Shown piece after piece: positions 12,985 through 25,000 of a DNA stretch of 64,000 bases. A program made the translations under genes and the position numbers. The stretch's first letter is position 1. Every line of letters begins with the position of its first letter. The notes beneath the pieces were generated by a model. The model ran no database searches and was not told the origin of the DNA. It was given only the letters and a program-made list of their open reading frames with translations. Source of the DNA: Yuukianura sp. NJ FZ-2021 (Eukaryota); assembly GCA_046563655.1 (NCBI GenBank), contig CM102288.1, positions 4,216,001 to 4,280,000 of the forward strand, read 5' to 3'.

Positions 12985-13750
12985 ATGGCAGCCAACATTG
13001 CACGGAGGGCTTGTGGAATCGCTTCCAAGTTAAGCAGTAGAGCTGTCGTTGCTGGGTCGTGTCAGCGGTTCATTCCCCAAATCCAAATACCTCTGGCTCA
13101 ATTTCGCTTTGTAAGTTCATACTGCTCAATTTACTAAAAGTTCATTCTAATGATTTTCATGCATGTTTTAGAACCTTCATTCAAAGGAATGTATTGAGCC
13201 GGTATCTGTTAAAAGTAGCTGGAACCTTGGTGTGGTCTCCCCTCTACTCCGACTTCCGATCACCATCACTGTTCCTCAAGCCCATATCATCCAGCCTCTC
13301 CAAAACCCTTCATTCAACGATTCTTGTATAGAAGATCCCAGGAAACCTCCAACAGTCACAGACAATCCGTCTCCATCTCATGTGAAGAAAGAAGCTGCAC
13401 GTCTAGTTGTCATTCGACGGAAGAAGATGAACAAACACAAGTTGAAGAAACTGCGGCGGAAGATGAAGTACGTCTGGGCTAAAGTTAAAATCCGTCGTGA
13501 AATCCGGAAGGAAAAGGAATTCCTCAACGCTCAAATGGCTAGAATTCGGGAAGCTCAGACGTTTGATGCCAAAGCATACGTCGCTGACATTCTAAGAAGA
13601 GCCAAGGAGGAGCCACTGCCAACAAGGTGGGAGGGAAAGTTTTTTCCGGAACCCATGATTCGACAGAAGATGGAAATCGATGCTAAACGAAAACAACAGG
13701 AGTATTTGAGCATTCTGGACAAACGGAGACATCGGCAGGACAAGAAATAA
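12985..13750 (+). CDS. AURKAIP1: Mitoribosomal protein mS38 (Aurora kinase A-interacting protein 1 homolog)
   Basis: Exons 12985-13110 and 13172-13750 in frame; diagnostic basic motif AARLVVIRRKKMNKHKLKKLRRKMK (DUF1713). Confidence 0.9.
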
Positions 13751-13980
13751 ACTGAAATGTAATTCGTAAGTAGACTTCCACAAAATATAGAATAAAATCT
13801 CAATTCTCTTCCAGAAACTGCTGTCATGGTGGTATCCAAAGCTAGTAACAACTTTAAAATTTAGTTACAACAATCTCCTAAAAGTTAAAATTTTCATTTT
13901 CAAACACTTTTTAGTGACTATGGACGTATGTTTAAAAGTTGATTATAGTAGTAGCCTTATACTTGGATGCGATTTGAGTA

Positions 13981-15969
13981 ATGAGTTTGAAGGAGAAGTT
14001 GGTGGACATTTTGAAGTTTATATTTGTGGCGGTGGTTGTGCTGATTGGAATGGTGTTCAACAAACGACTGCTCATTGGTGTGGGCAAAGTCACTTCTCTC
14101 TACCCTACGATTGTGTACAACTTCAACCTGTTCCTGGTCGTCGTGTTGTCATTGCCCTTCAGTGTCCACAAAAAGTTGTCCTTTGGACTTCCTGGGCCAC
14201 CGAGGGAGACACCGGCGACAGCAGACGAAGAACTAGTTCAAGAAGAAGATGTTGACGAACTCGTGAGTAACTGGGGAACGCTCAACGCCATCCAGCAGCC
14301 AGTCGCTTCTTCCTTGGCAGATATAACAACGGTACGACAACTAAAAATTATACAATTATGACATAATTGTATAAAACCAATATTCTAACTATAATGCTAC
14401 GTTTATAATGCTACGTTTTGTTTTGAATTTTAGCCTCAAGTGATTGAATTGTACGGATATACGTGTGAAACGCACAAAGTTCGGACAGAAGATGGATACA
14501 TACTAACGATGCATCGAATCCCGCATGGCAGGGGTCAAGGGTCAACGGTTGAAAGTCGTCGTCCAGTCGTTTTTATGCAGCATGGCCTCTTCGCTTCCTC
14601 CTTTGAATGGTTCATGAACTCTCCAGACAAACTTTTGGGTAACGCCATCACATTTTGAAAGAAAAACTTTTGTTTAACTTTGACTTGTGATTTTAAGGTC
14701 TGCAATTGGTGGAAGAAGGGTATGACGTTTGGTTTGGAAACATGCGTGGAAATACATACTCCCGAGAACATGTCACCCTCTCCCCAAAAACTTCCGAATT
14801 TTGGCAATTCAGGTGACAGTTTTTGAAAATGTGAAAAGTTGTAAATTTTGAAATTTTGATTTTGAGCAGCGTGCATGAGATGGGGAAATACGACCTTCCG
14901 GCGGAAATCGATCATGTGCTGGCCATAACTGGAGTCGAACAGATCCGCTACATTGGCTACTCCATGGGCAGCTCCATGTTCTGGATGTAAAAATAGTTTA
15001 GTTGTAGAAATATTAAGTTTAGAATAAGACATTGTTATGTTCTTAGCATGATGTCGCTTCGACCAGAGTACAATGAAAAAGTCAAGGTCATCATAGCACT
15101 GGCTCCTGTCGTTTACATCAACAATGTCAAGGGATTCCCTAAGCTCCTCTTTGCCCCATTTAGGAATCAGTTAGCCGTAAGTGATTTCCTAAGTTCAATT
15201 TGTTTTTCAAGTTCAAAAAATGTTGAAATGTTGAAAATCTTGAAAATTTCAGTTGCTGATTGACGTGTTCTTCCATAGTGAATGTATGCCACCGTTTCTT
15301 CTCAAGATTTGCAACTTTATTTTTTCCCACCTCAGTTCAAATCGCTTTGTGGCAGAAGCGTTTTGTGCAAACGTTAATTTCTTCTACCCAGGATGGGATT
15401 TGGCACAAACACAAATCGTAGTAACCAAAAAAAGTTCAGTTTTTGACTTTTCTAATACAGGTTTTCCTAAAATATTTTTGAAACGGACTTTTTAGAAGCA
15501 GCTTCCATTGTTCTACAGTCACACGCCTGCCCCCACTTCCGCCCGAACCCTGGTCCACATGGGCCAGTTGATGATGAAGGGAGTGTTTGCACAGTACGAC
15601 TGGGGAGTTACCAAGAATCTGGAAGTGTACGGTCAGCCAACACCCCCGAAGTACTTTCTATCTCGAACTAAAGTCCCAGTCGCTCTCATCTACGGCCTCA
15701 ACGACGCTGTTGTTGAACCTTCAGTAATTCAAAACAAAAATTATCACATCACATTTTGTACCACAGAATTCGAAAAGTTAAACTGATTCAAAATATTTTA
15801 CGTTTTCCAGGAAGTCCAGCGTTTGGCAGCAGAACTTCCGAATGTTATTTCCAATCGAGCAGTGAATTTCCCGCTCTGGAACCATTTTGACTTTCACTTG
15901 GCCAAAGACGTCAACATCCTTCTCAACGCTCCACTCATCCAAATACTCTCCAAGTTCAAATCGGACTAA
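13981..15969 (+). CDS. Acid lipase family member (lipase 3/LIPA-like, alpha/beta hydrolase)
   Basis: [50 protein letters not shown], nucleophile elbow YIGYSMG, Asp in GLNDAVV and His in NHFDF. Confidence 0.92.
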
Positions 15970-16601
15970 ATTTGACTCTAAATTAACAAAACTTTGACTA
16001 ATCCTGGCTACAAATCGATTAAAATTGACCTGTCTACACTACAAGACTTTCGATCGCATCAAATCCCGAGTTTCAGCATTTTCTGAAATTCTGAAACTAG
16101 ATTTCAGTTTCACAATTTTCTGAAATTCTGAAACTCTGGAAGCCACCCTTGCCACAACTGTTTGTAAACTGAAGTTGTGACGACCGATTTATTGTATAAA
16201 ATGAGTGGGATTAAATAAAATGTGTTTTAATTACAAGTTATAAGAAATCTACAAAGACTGCTCATAAAAATCTACTAAATAGGAACCTCCACTGCTTCTC
16301 CTTCGAAGTGTCACCAATTCACTCAAAATGTCTCATTGGACTCTAAAATGGCAATTTCTAAGAGGTCCTTGTCTGTTTGCGTAGAAATTAATTACATTTG
16401 ACCAACAAGAAAACTGAATACACTTTGTACATTGTCCTAGGATACTTGACCTCATAAAGAAAGAAATAGCGACACTCAACAGTGAATTGTGGCTAAACAC
16501 AGACTACAAGTTAAGTTAACTGTTAAATTAAGTCAAAGACGATTAAAATGGTAGAATGAAAGAATTGTTTGTAGAAGTATTTCGTACTATGCCTATAAGT
16601 T

Positions 16602-19600
16602 CTAGAGGTCTGTGTCGTACCAAGCTGCTTCTTGCTTTCCATCTGCTGATGGAGGTTGTGGAACATCTTCGTAACTCTCCATGTCCATTCCATCAAAGTT
16701 GAAATCCATTACTCCAGCATCCCCAAATCCTATAAAAACCAAAAATAAGTCAGTATTATAAACTGAAAACTTGAAACGCTAAAAGCACTTAAGATTAGCT
16801 TTTAGATTTAAGATTTAAGCTTAAGACAGCTTTTAGGACCTAAAGGAACTCCACATAATGTTACGATTAGGTAATTGCGTAAACTGCGCTGCTTTCGTTT
16901 GGAAGCACTTAAGAACTAAATGTTGACTTGATTATTAGTGTAGTTAGTGGGGTAACTGTTTCAGTAGACGATTGTTTTGTAGTTTCTACCTCTGTAAGGA
17001 TTTCCATTTGGTCCAGCAAACACAGAAGGATCAAATACTGTGTCAGGATTCAACATATCCTACAAAAAATTAAGCAAACAAAAACAAACATAACAAAATC
17101 AGAAAATAATCAATCAATAAACTAAATGAGACAGAAATAACGAAAGAAAATACGAATGGTAAAAGAATTGATTCGCTGCAGAAACTTTAAAACTAATGCA
17201 ATCGTCGGTTGTTGGCCACCTCATATTTTTTCCAAAGAAAACTGACCTGGAAATCTGGAGGTGGTCCACTCATTTCATGTGTCCAAATGGATTCTCTGTC
17301 GTAGAGAGAGTTGCTCAACTCCATGGATAGTCGCTTCTTATATTCTGGTGGTTTGTCCTGTGACATTGCGTACAGAACCGCAGCAGCATAAGTAGCTACG
17401 CCTTCATTCTGAGAATGTAAAAGTTCCGTCAAAGTTGCAGTGGCTCCCTCACGCTCAATCATATCAGCTCCCTCTTTATCCTGGGCCAGCTCACACAACA
17501 CTCCTGCTGCAACACGCTGTACATTCGCCAGTTCGTGGTATAGAAGCTACAAATTCACAAACATGAGTCAAACACAACAAACAATGCAAAACAAAACGAC
17601 AAAAAATTATGTTCTTATTTTTGCATGTCTAGGAAATACCTGAACAAAGACCGCAATCACTTGCATCCCTCTGATTTGAGCCCGGTTATGCGGGGAGTCC
17701 TTTGCCAATATTTGAAGGGCTCCCACGGCCCCTTCCACAATCTCCTCCATTTTGACTCCATCTGCATAAAGGGCTGAACTTCCTCCAGAGGAAACTGAAG
17801 TTCGTCGCTGTGAATCCTGGTAAGCTCGCATTAGAAGATGAACGAGGCGTGCAATTGCCCCATTCTCTCGCTAAAAACGTAAATCAAAACTTAGTTTTAC
17901 ATTTAAATGTCCAATTCAAAACAAGAACCTACCAATGGAGCGTGATTTGCAGGGCAGAGAGCAAGGTTGCGAATGAGACCAATTACGGCTTTGATGAGCG
18001 GCCAACGTGAAGGTGGCTGCATCAACTTCACCACAACTGGAATTCCATAGGACAAACCTACAACAACAAAGTTAAAATATAAATTTTGACATTCTAAAAA
18101 AAAAAGCCAAAAGGTCTATTTGCTTACGAATTGCATTTTGTCCCAACTCTGAAACTGGATGACGAGAAGTGAGATGGCGAAGTGCGCAAATAGCTGGTTC
18201 CGTAATCTCTTCACGATCTCCTGCAGCTCTCACGGTGCTCACGAGAGCTTCGATTCCATTGATTTGACACACGACCATTTTGTTGTGATGATTGTTGCAA
18301 GTGAGATTAGACAAAATCCCAGCAGCACACGTCACAATGTTGCCATCTCCTGAAGCAAGCAAATTCACCAGTTCCTGCAGCAGCAAATCCATTCCATCCT
18401 AAAAACATTTACAAGGAATCGTAAAATTAAGAATAAAAATAAAAAAGTCCATCTTTTGTCTATAATTTTGGAAATTGTTAAACTCACAACTTTGGTTGCA
18501 GCATCTGACAAATTGCGAAGAGTCCAAAGACAGTTCATGACAAGTCGTTGTGAGGGATGTCGAAGATGCTTCGCTAGAGCTTGCATTCCACCGGCATCAA
18601 CAATTGCAGGCTTATTACTTTGGCACACGCTCAGAACTGCAACAGACGATAAAAATAGACACAAACACTCAATTGTTAATTTTTTGACGAGATACCTTTG
18701 AGAACGCGTGAAGTTGTCCAGAGTAGTTTTTCGTAGTCATACAATCCCATTATGCGAACGAGTTCAATGGGTCCTTGCGAAGCGAGAATGATGAGCTTCG
18801 ACTCTTGATTTCCATACGTCAGAATCTGAAGACAATCCGTCACAATAGCCAGGAATTTGACATTGTTCTTGCAGAGAAGTGTCACCATCTTTTGCAATCC
18901 ACCGGCCAAGCGAACGGCCATTTTGGAACCTTCGAACAAAATAATAGGCAATTAACAAAACACTTAAACCAATCGTTAAACCAAACTTAACAATTGTTAT
19001 AGTCTGAAGAAGTCACGAACCTTCCTGGTGAAGCAGGAGGTTATGGAGCGTTGTGATGGCATAAAAGAGGACTGCTTCAACTGGGGAACTGAGTAGCTTC
19101 ACAAGAGCTGGAATTCCAGTGCTCTTGAAAATAGCCAAAAGTCCTTGACGATGATGTGACAAATTGTGAAGAGTCCCCACTGATCCTTTCGTCGTGTCCA
19201 GATCATTCGAGCTGGAAATGGCCCGTACAAGAGCTGCAACCTTTGATCGAAAAGGAATAATTGAAGTTAATTAAAGGATGGAGTAATTGGTTGATTGATG
19301 CATTGTTTCGTTTCCACTTACAAGTTGTGGGTTGCTCATGATGGCATGTCGAGCTGCTTCTTTCTTGCTCAATTGATGAACCATCATCGCTGCATTGGAA
19401 ACAATAACTTGATCTTCATCGTTTAGTAGCTTGATGAGCTCTGGAATTGCTCGAGTAGCAAGATCCGCATCATCTTGGTAGTTGATGATGTTTACGACAG
19501 CGTGTTTCAGCATCTGTGCTGGTTCGGCAAGGCGCTGAACAGCCGTTGGAACTGAAGGATCAAATTGTGTCGATGGAATTTCAACGCCCTCATCAAGAGT

Positions 19601-20023
19601 TTCCGGAAACATTGCTGCCCGTACCCGTTGAGAACGAGTAACGTTCAATTCCACGTTCATTTCTGGAATAACATTAAAATTATACACTGCTGGAGCTTTA
19701 TGGATTCGTCAACAAAATGATAAACTTACCGTCAACTTCTCCTGAAGTAAATCCCGAGTACCCCTGCGAATCCAAATCAAAGAGCAGTGACCCGTCGTCC
19801 ATTTCTTCATCGCCGCGTAGAGAATGTGCTCCAGTAGTGGCCCCTGAATGGACGCCAGAATCCAAAACTCCATACCCTCCTTGCTGCCACATTAGAGCCT
19901 CACTATTTTCTTGCTCTACAGTTTATCAAAAATTGAAATTCATCAGGATCTTCTTGAAATTGTAAATTTAGTTGTTAAGTTCTTACTTATTCGCTGAGGC
20001 CCAGATTGCATTTGATAAGCCAT
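16602..20023 (-). CDS. arm: Armadillo / beta-catenin
   Basis: Phosphodegron [24 protein letters not shown], armadillo repeats ([27 protein letters not shown]) and C-terminal AWYDTDL. Confidence 0.98.
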
Positions 20024-21180
20024 CCTTGGCTTCTTTCACTTGTCAGTTAGTGCACAATTTATCTATGATGAATTGATTTCTGTTTGAAATGTTCCAATGT
20101 GAATAGAATGTGGATCACTGGTATTGTGGTATTTGGAGTGGTGAAGTGGCCGGAACTTGTGTCACTCTTTGAAGATGAGTTAGTGGATGTGGAGTGTCCG
20201 TGACTGTGTCACTTAGTAGGAAGAGCTGTTGATTAGTAATCAAAGTTGACTAATTTCCTTATATCCTTCCACTTGTTTCTGATTTTGTTATGGCGGTGAA
20301 CAATGGATTGGAATGTGGGTGTCTCTGTCAACAAATTCACATAAGGTAGTTAGGAAGGGGTGAAGAGAAAAAAAGAGAAGACAGGGAGGAAGGGGAGGCA
20401 CTTTTTATTCCAAGGTTTCCAATCTACACGCTTTACGCAACCTTTTAGCATCGTCTACACAGGAAAGATGCGATCCTTATAAATTGTTCATTATCACAAT
20501 TATTTTGCGAACTTAACAAATAAAACTAAATAACGTAGTCATTTTATCACAAATTAATAAAATTCGACTCGACATTTTATGATTCAGATTCATTTTAGTA
20601 TGGGAAATGCGAGTAATGTCACTGCGTAGTTAACATTCCAATGTTCAACGATGATATAGGATCCAAAACGTTTCAATATTGTATTATTTTGTCGAATTAA
20701 TTTTAAATTAATTATAACCGACAGCATTAAACTAATTAGAAATATGCGTTACATCTACATGCTGTTGGTTTGAACTGTAATCTCCAAACAATTCTTTTAC
20801 GAGATGAAAACCGTTATCCTTATGCCTGTACCGCGTGCATTCTAGAATTTGGGCCGAGGGCAACGCCCGGAATTTGCAAACTAATTATCATGAATTTGAT
20901 ATATTTTAACGAATTTTATCGATTGTATACTCAAGATCGACGCGATCTTAATACTTTAGTAATAAATCCTAGTTGATACGTGAATTTCAGTACCAATTTA
21001 TTCATAAAACTAAAACAAAACGATATGTATTTTGGATTAATGCTCTCTTTTTATTGTAACTTTATATTTGAGGGTACTTCTGACTTGCGCAAAAGTGTTC
21101 GGAGCGCAGACTGGTGAGCCATCTCCATTTCATTTTAGAAGTGAATTGTATTCACAGTGAACAAACTTATTCGAGTACTG

Positions 21181-21229
21181 TATCTTTTACCTCGTGTACT
21201 CAATATCCGTCGTTGTCAACGCTAATTAG
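21181..21229 (+). promoter_or_regulatory. Probable TCT/5'TOP-like start and non-coding first exon of RpL27
   Basis: Pyrimidine-rich TATCTTTTACCTC followed by a strong donor TAG|GTAAGT at 21230, and acceptor TTTTAG at 21508 just before the ATG. Confidence 0.5.
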
Positions 21230-21513
21230 GTAAGTAATCGATTAATCCTCGTCTTTATTAGTTATCGTTTCAGGAAATAACCGTCTAGTGTTCCCATTTT
21301 CACTGCTTTGCTGTAAGTCCAAACGTATCTGCTAATCTGAAATTGTTTTGAGCGGATGCCGGTGTTTCTGTATTTGAATTAGTGTTAAAATATTCGAAAC
21401 AAAGTGGTATAAAAATACATGGAGTCTTAGTAGTGGTTTGCGTTAATTCCCAAGAACGCAGATACGTAGAGAAGGAAGGAAGTGCTAATTTGTTGAATTT
21501 GATTTTAGGCAAG

Positions 21514-21999
21514 ATGGTGAAGATTATGAAAGCTGGGAAGGTGGTGCTGGTGTTGAACGGGCGATACGCTGGTAGGAAAGCCATAGTCGTCAAGAACTTG
21601 GACGATGGATCAGCAGAGAGGCCCTACGGACACGCCATTGTCGCTGGAATCGACCGCTACCCACGCAAAATCGTGAAGAGGATGAGCAAAGACACCATCA
21701 AGAAGCGAAACAAGATCAAGGCTTTCATCAAGGTCAGTCATTCTAACAAACGTCTGGTACTACTATCACTGGCAGCATCAAATATCTAATGTACTGTTGA
21801 TTTGTAGGTCGTAAACTACAACCACCTCATGCCTACCCGCTACTCGGTGGACATTCCCTTTGAGAAACAGGCCCAAAATGTCAAGAGTCTAAGGGACCCC
21901 ATGAAGCGGAAGAAGGTTCGATACCAGATCAAGGCCAAGTTTGAAGAGAGGTACAAGAGTGGGAAAAACAAATGGTTCTTCCAGAAACTCAGATTCTAA
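21514..21999 (+). CDS. RpL27: 60S ribosomal protein L27 (eL27)
   Basis: [23 protein letters not shown]...[11 protein letters not shown]...[12 protein letters not shown]; one intron at 21733-21807. Confidence 0.98.
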
Positions 22000-22063
22000 T
22001 TTCTAACTCTCTTACAGAATGCTATTAAATTGTTTCTAATTTAACTTTTACTCAACTTTTGAT

Positions 22064-25000
22064 TCAACAGTAAGGACAGATTTGTCTTTTGAGTTGATCT
22101 AATACAAACGTTTTAGTGTCAACTTCCCATTGCCTGGAATTGAGAACCATGAGGTAGGGATTTTTAGCAGGATTTCCACCTTCTCGCAATTGAAGTGTCA
22201 TTGGTTGTGGCTGCAGCTTTTCCGTGGCAACTCCAGGCATCTAGAGTAATTAATTCATAATTAATCTGCATATCTTAAGTATCTTATATCTTAAGTTGTT
22301 TCAAATGGCTTACTTGACCCAGTGGAACCAATATTTCTCCCATGAAGTCATTGGCAGACAGGAGGTCAAAGTCTTTGATTGTGAAGCGAACGATGACATT
22401 CGTCCATGACTCCAGTCCAATCTTGTCCCAGTAGAATTCAAACGTTTCTCCAAAAGTGGGGTTGAGAGTGTGCTTGTGTGTCTTTGTTTTTCGGATTGAC
22501 CCCACAGTGTGACCTTCCACCAACAACTCAATTTCTACGAATGGGTCACTGGAACCAGATCTAACTTTGGAACAAACGTCCCAAAATGGGGAAGGGTGGT
22601 CCAGCGGCAGCAGATTCTTCCCTGAAATGACTTCGATTTGGAGTTTCCGTTCCACAGCAAATATTCGAAGTCGAAGTGTTCCGTACAATCCTCGACCTTT
22701 CAACTCCTAAAGTTAATTTCAAAGTTAAAAGTTATTGGTCATGCATAGTAAGTCAGAATTGTACTGACCAATTGTTCTGCAGCTCTATCATGGAAGTATT
22801 CTGCAATGAGCTGTTCAGAAGGTAGGACAAAGAGATGAAGAAGTTTTTGTGCAAACTTGAACTGTGGTAATTCAAGATGGTTGTCGTTGAGTCCTTCTCC
22901 ATTTCCTTTCAAGTACTCAACCAATAGCGGCACAAGATTCTGGAAATGGCCAAAGTACACTTGTTGGGCCACTGTTGATGTGACAGGCACATGGACCACA
23001 GCTTCCACCAGTTCGTCGCATGTGACCAACCAAATGACGTGGACCAATCGGACAAAGTTTGGATGAAGCAAGTATTGATGGAGGACACTTAGGTTGTTTT
23101 CCAAGTAAGTGACGAGTGGACCTAAGGGGTCATCGGATCCTGGATTGGATTCAAAGAAAAGAACAACGTCGTTCCATGCAGCCCGAATCTGAAATAAAAA
23201 ACGTTATAAACGTTTTTGGAAAAAGACAATTTTTTGTTCAAAAGTCTTACTTCTGGTCTGATACGATGAGCGATTCCGGCCATGATGATTTGAATTTCTG
23301 ATTCAATTTCATTCACTGCCGTAATAATGGACATGACGATTCTTCTGTGACAAGTATCCAGTGTTTCTGTTTTGTCACCGACAGACTGTTTGAGTCCTTC
23401 CAGAAGAGTGTCCATCAATAACTCGGTCGGCATCTTGCGAACGGTTTCCTGGACGTAGTGAATGTTGTTGAGTGAAGTACAAAGTCGTTCCGAAATGTCA
23501 AATTGCCCCACGGTGTCAAAATACCTTCACAACAAAGTTGACATTTCAATTGATGAATTGACAAATGATTAATTAATACTGCCAAAGTACTGAATACCCC
23601 TCTCTGTCTATCTTCCTTCTCTTGAGTTTTGCATACAAGATTGAAATGTAGGTCATGACCTCCAGTAGAAACATGTTGATGACCGAGTTCTCTGACGGAT
23701 CTGGCCAGTTCAACTCTTTAGCAAAGTTGGCCAGTTGATGAAAGACAAAGACAGTTTCCAGTGCAGAGTGGCTGATGAACTTCTTCCCATCAACGTCAAT
23801 CTCATCAGAGTCAATTGATACGGAGATCATTTGATGAGCCTTGATGAAAGCAAATCCCAGCCACAAGATGAGCACTGGACGAAACCACTCGTGGAAAGTG
23901 TCTAGATGGGGATAGAACTTGCGCATTCCGAGACTTTGGGCAAATACTTGATCCTGGAAGTAGACGAAGCGATGTGTCTCGGCATAAAGTTCAAAGAAAC
24001 AGACGCAGAGGGCCTTGTGTTCTGGACTTATGCGCAGAAGAATCTTGCGTTGGGCATCGTTGTCTCCAATTTCCTTGTCAAGTCCAGCAGTAGCTCCTTC
24101 GATGTCATTTACAACTGCCTTCTGGAATTCATCGTACAACAGAGGCAAGTAGTCCACGTTCCCTTCCATTGCAAAAACTCCATGCAGTGACTTTTGACCT
24201 TCGCTCAGTTTCCGGTTCACCACGCCCATCACCTATAACATTATAAAAAATTCGAATTTCAAAGTTTTGCAACTTTATATGTCGTGTTTTCTTATACTTG
24301 CGCAAGCCCACAAATGACTTGAGCGTGAGTTTGGTCCGGAGGTCCACGAACGAATTCCTTTCTTGTTTCTTGATACCACTGCTGGATTCCGAATCGGAGT
24401 GAAACTTTGACTTCAGTGTCAACTGCCTCCACTTGGTCCGTCGCTCCCATTCGATTCAGAATACTTTGAACATGACGAATTGTTCCGAGGGCTTGGTCCA
24501 CATTGGCCCGTTTTTCGTGAAAGTGGTTCCGGAGGACAAGATATGGGCCCTGGAGTGTCTTGAGAAGAGAAGACAGCATTTCTGTTCTGTCACAATGGTC
24601 TACCTTCCCTTGAACAGATTCTGGAGACCATCCTTCAAACTTTTGCATAGAACAATCCAGTTCCTTCAGTTCTGTTCCATGGATCTCCAAGTGACGTTTG
24701 GCATAAGCGTTGAACCGGATGATAGCCTGTAAGGAGCAGAAAAATGCACATTGACCTTGACCTTGTGTTTCCATATTCTTCAACTGACCTGAGAAGCTTC
24801 GCTGAGTCCAGTTTGGAGCCCATATTGGAAAAGTAAGCAACTAGCGGCTGCTGGAATCGTACTGTCCCAGGGTTCCCCTGCCACTGACTTCTTCTTCGCT
24901 TCAACGTCCAAAACGTAATCCCAAAGTTTTTCTAAAACGACGCGTGGATGGGCTTCCGGAGTCTGAAAATAACAATTTTGCAATTAGAATTCGCGAAAAT

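Noticed and set aside
16836..16920. Possible extra alternative terminal exon in the last arm intron
   Set aside because: Only a weak acceptor and a 13-codon frame; not distinguishable from chance.
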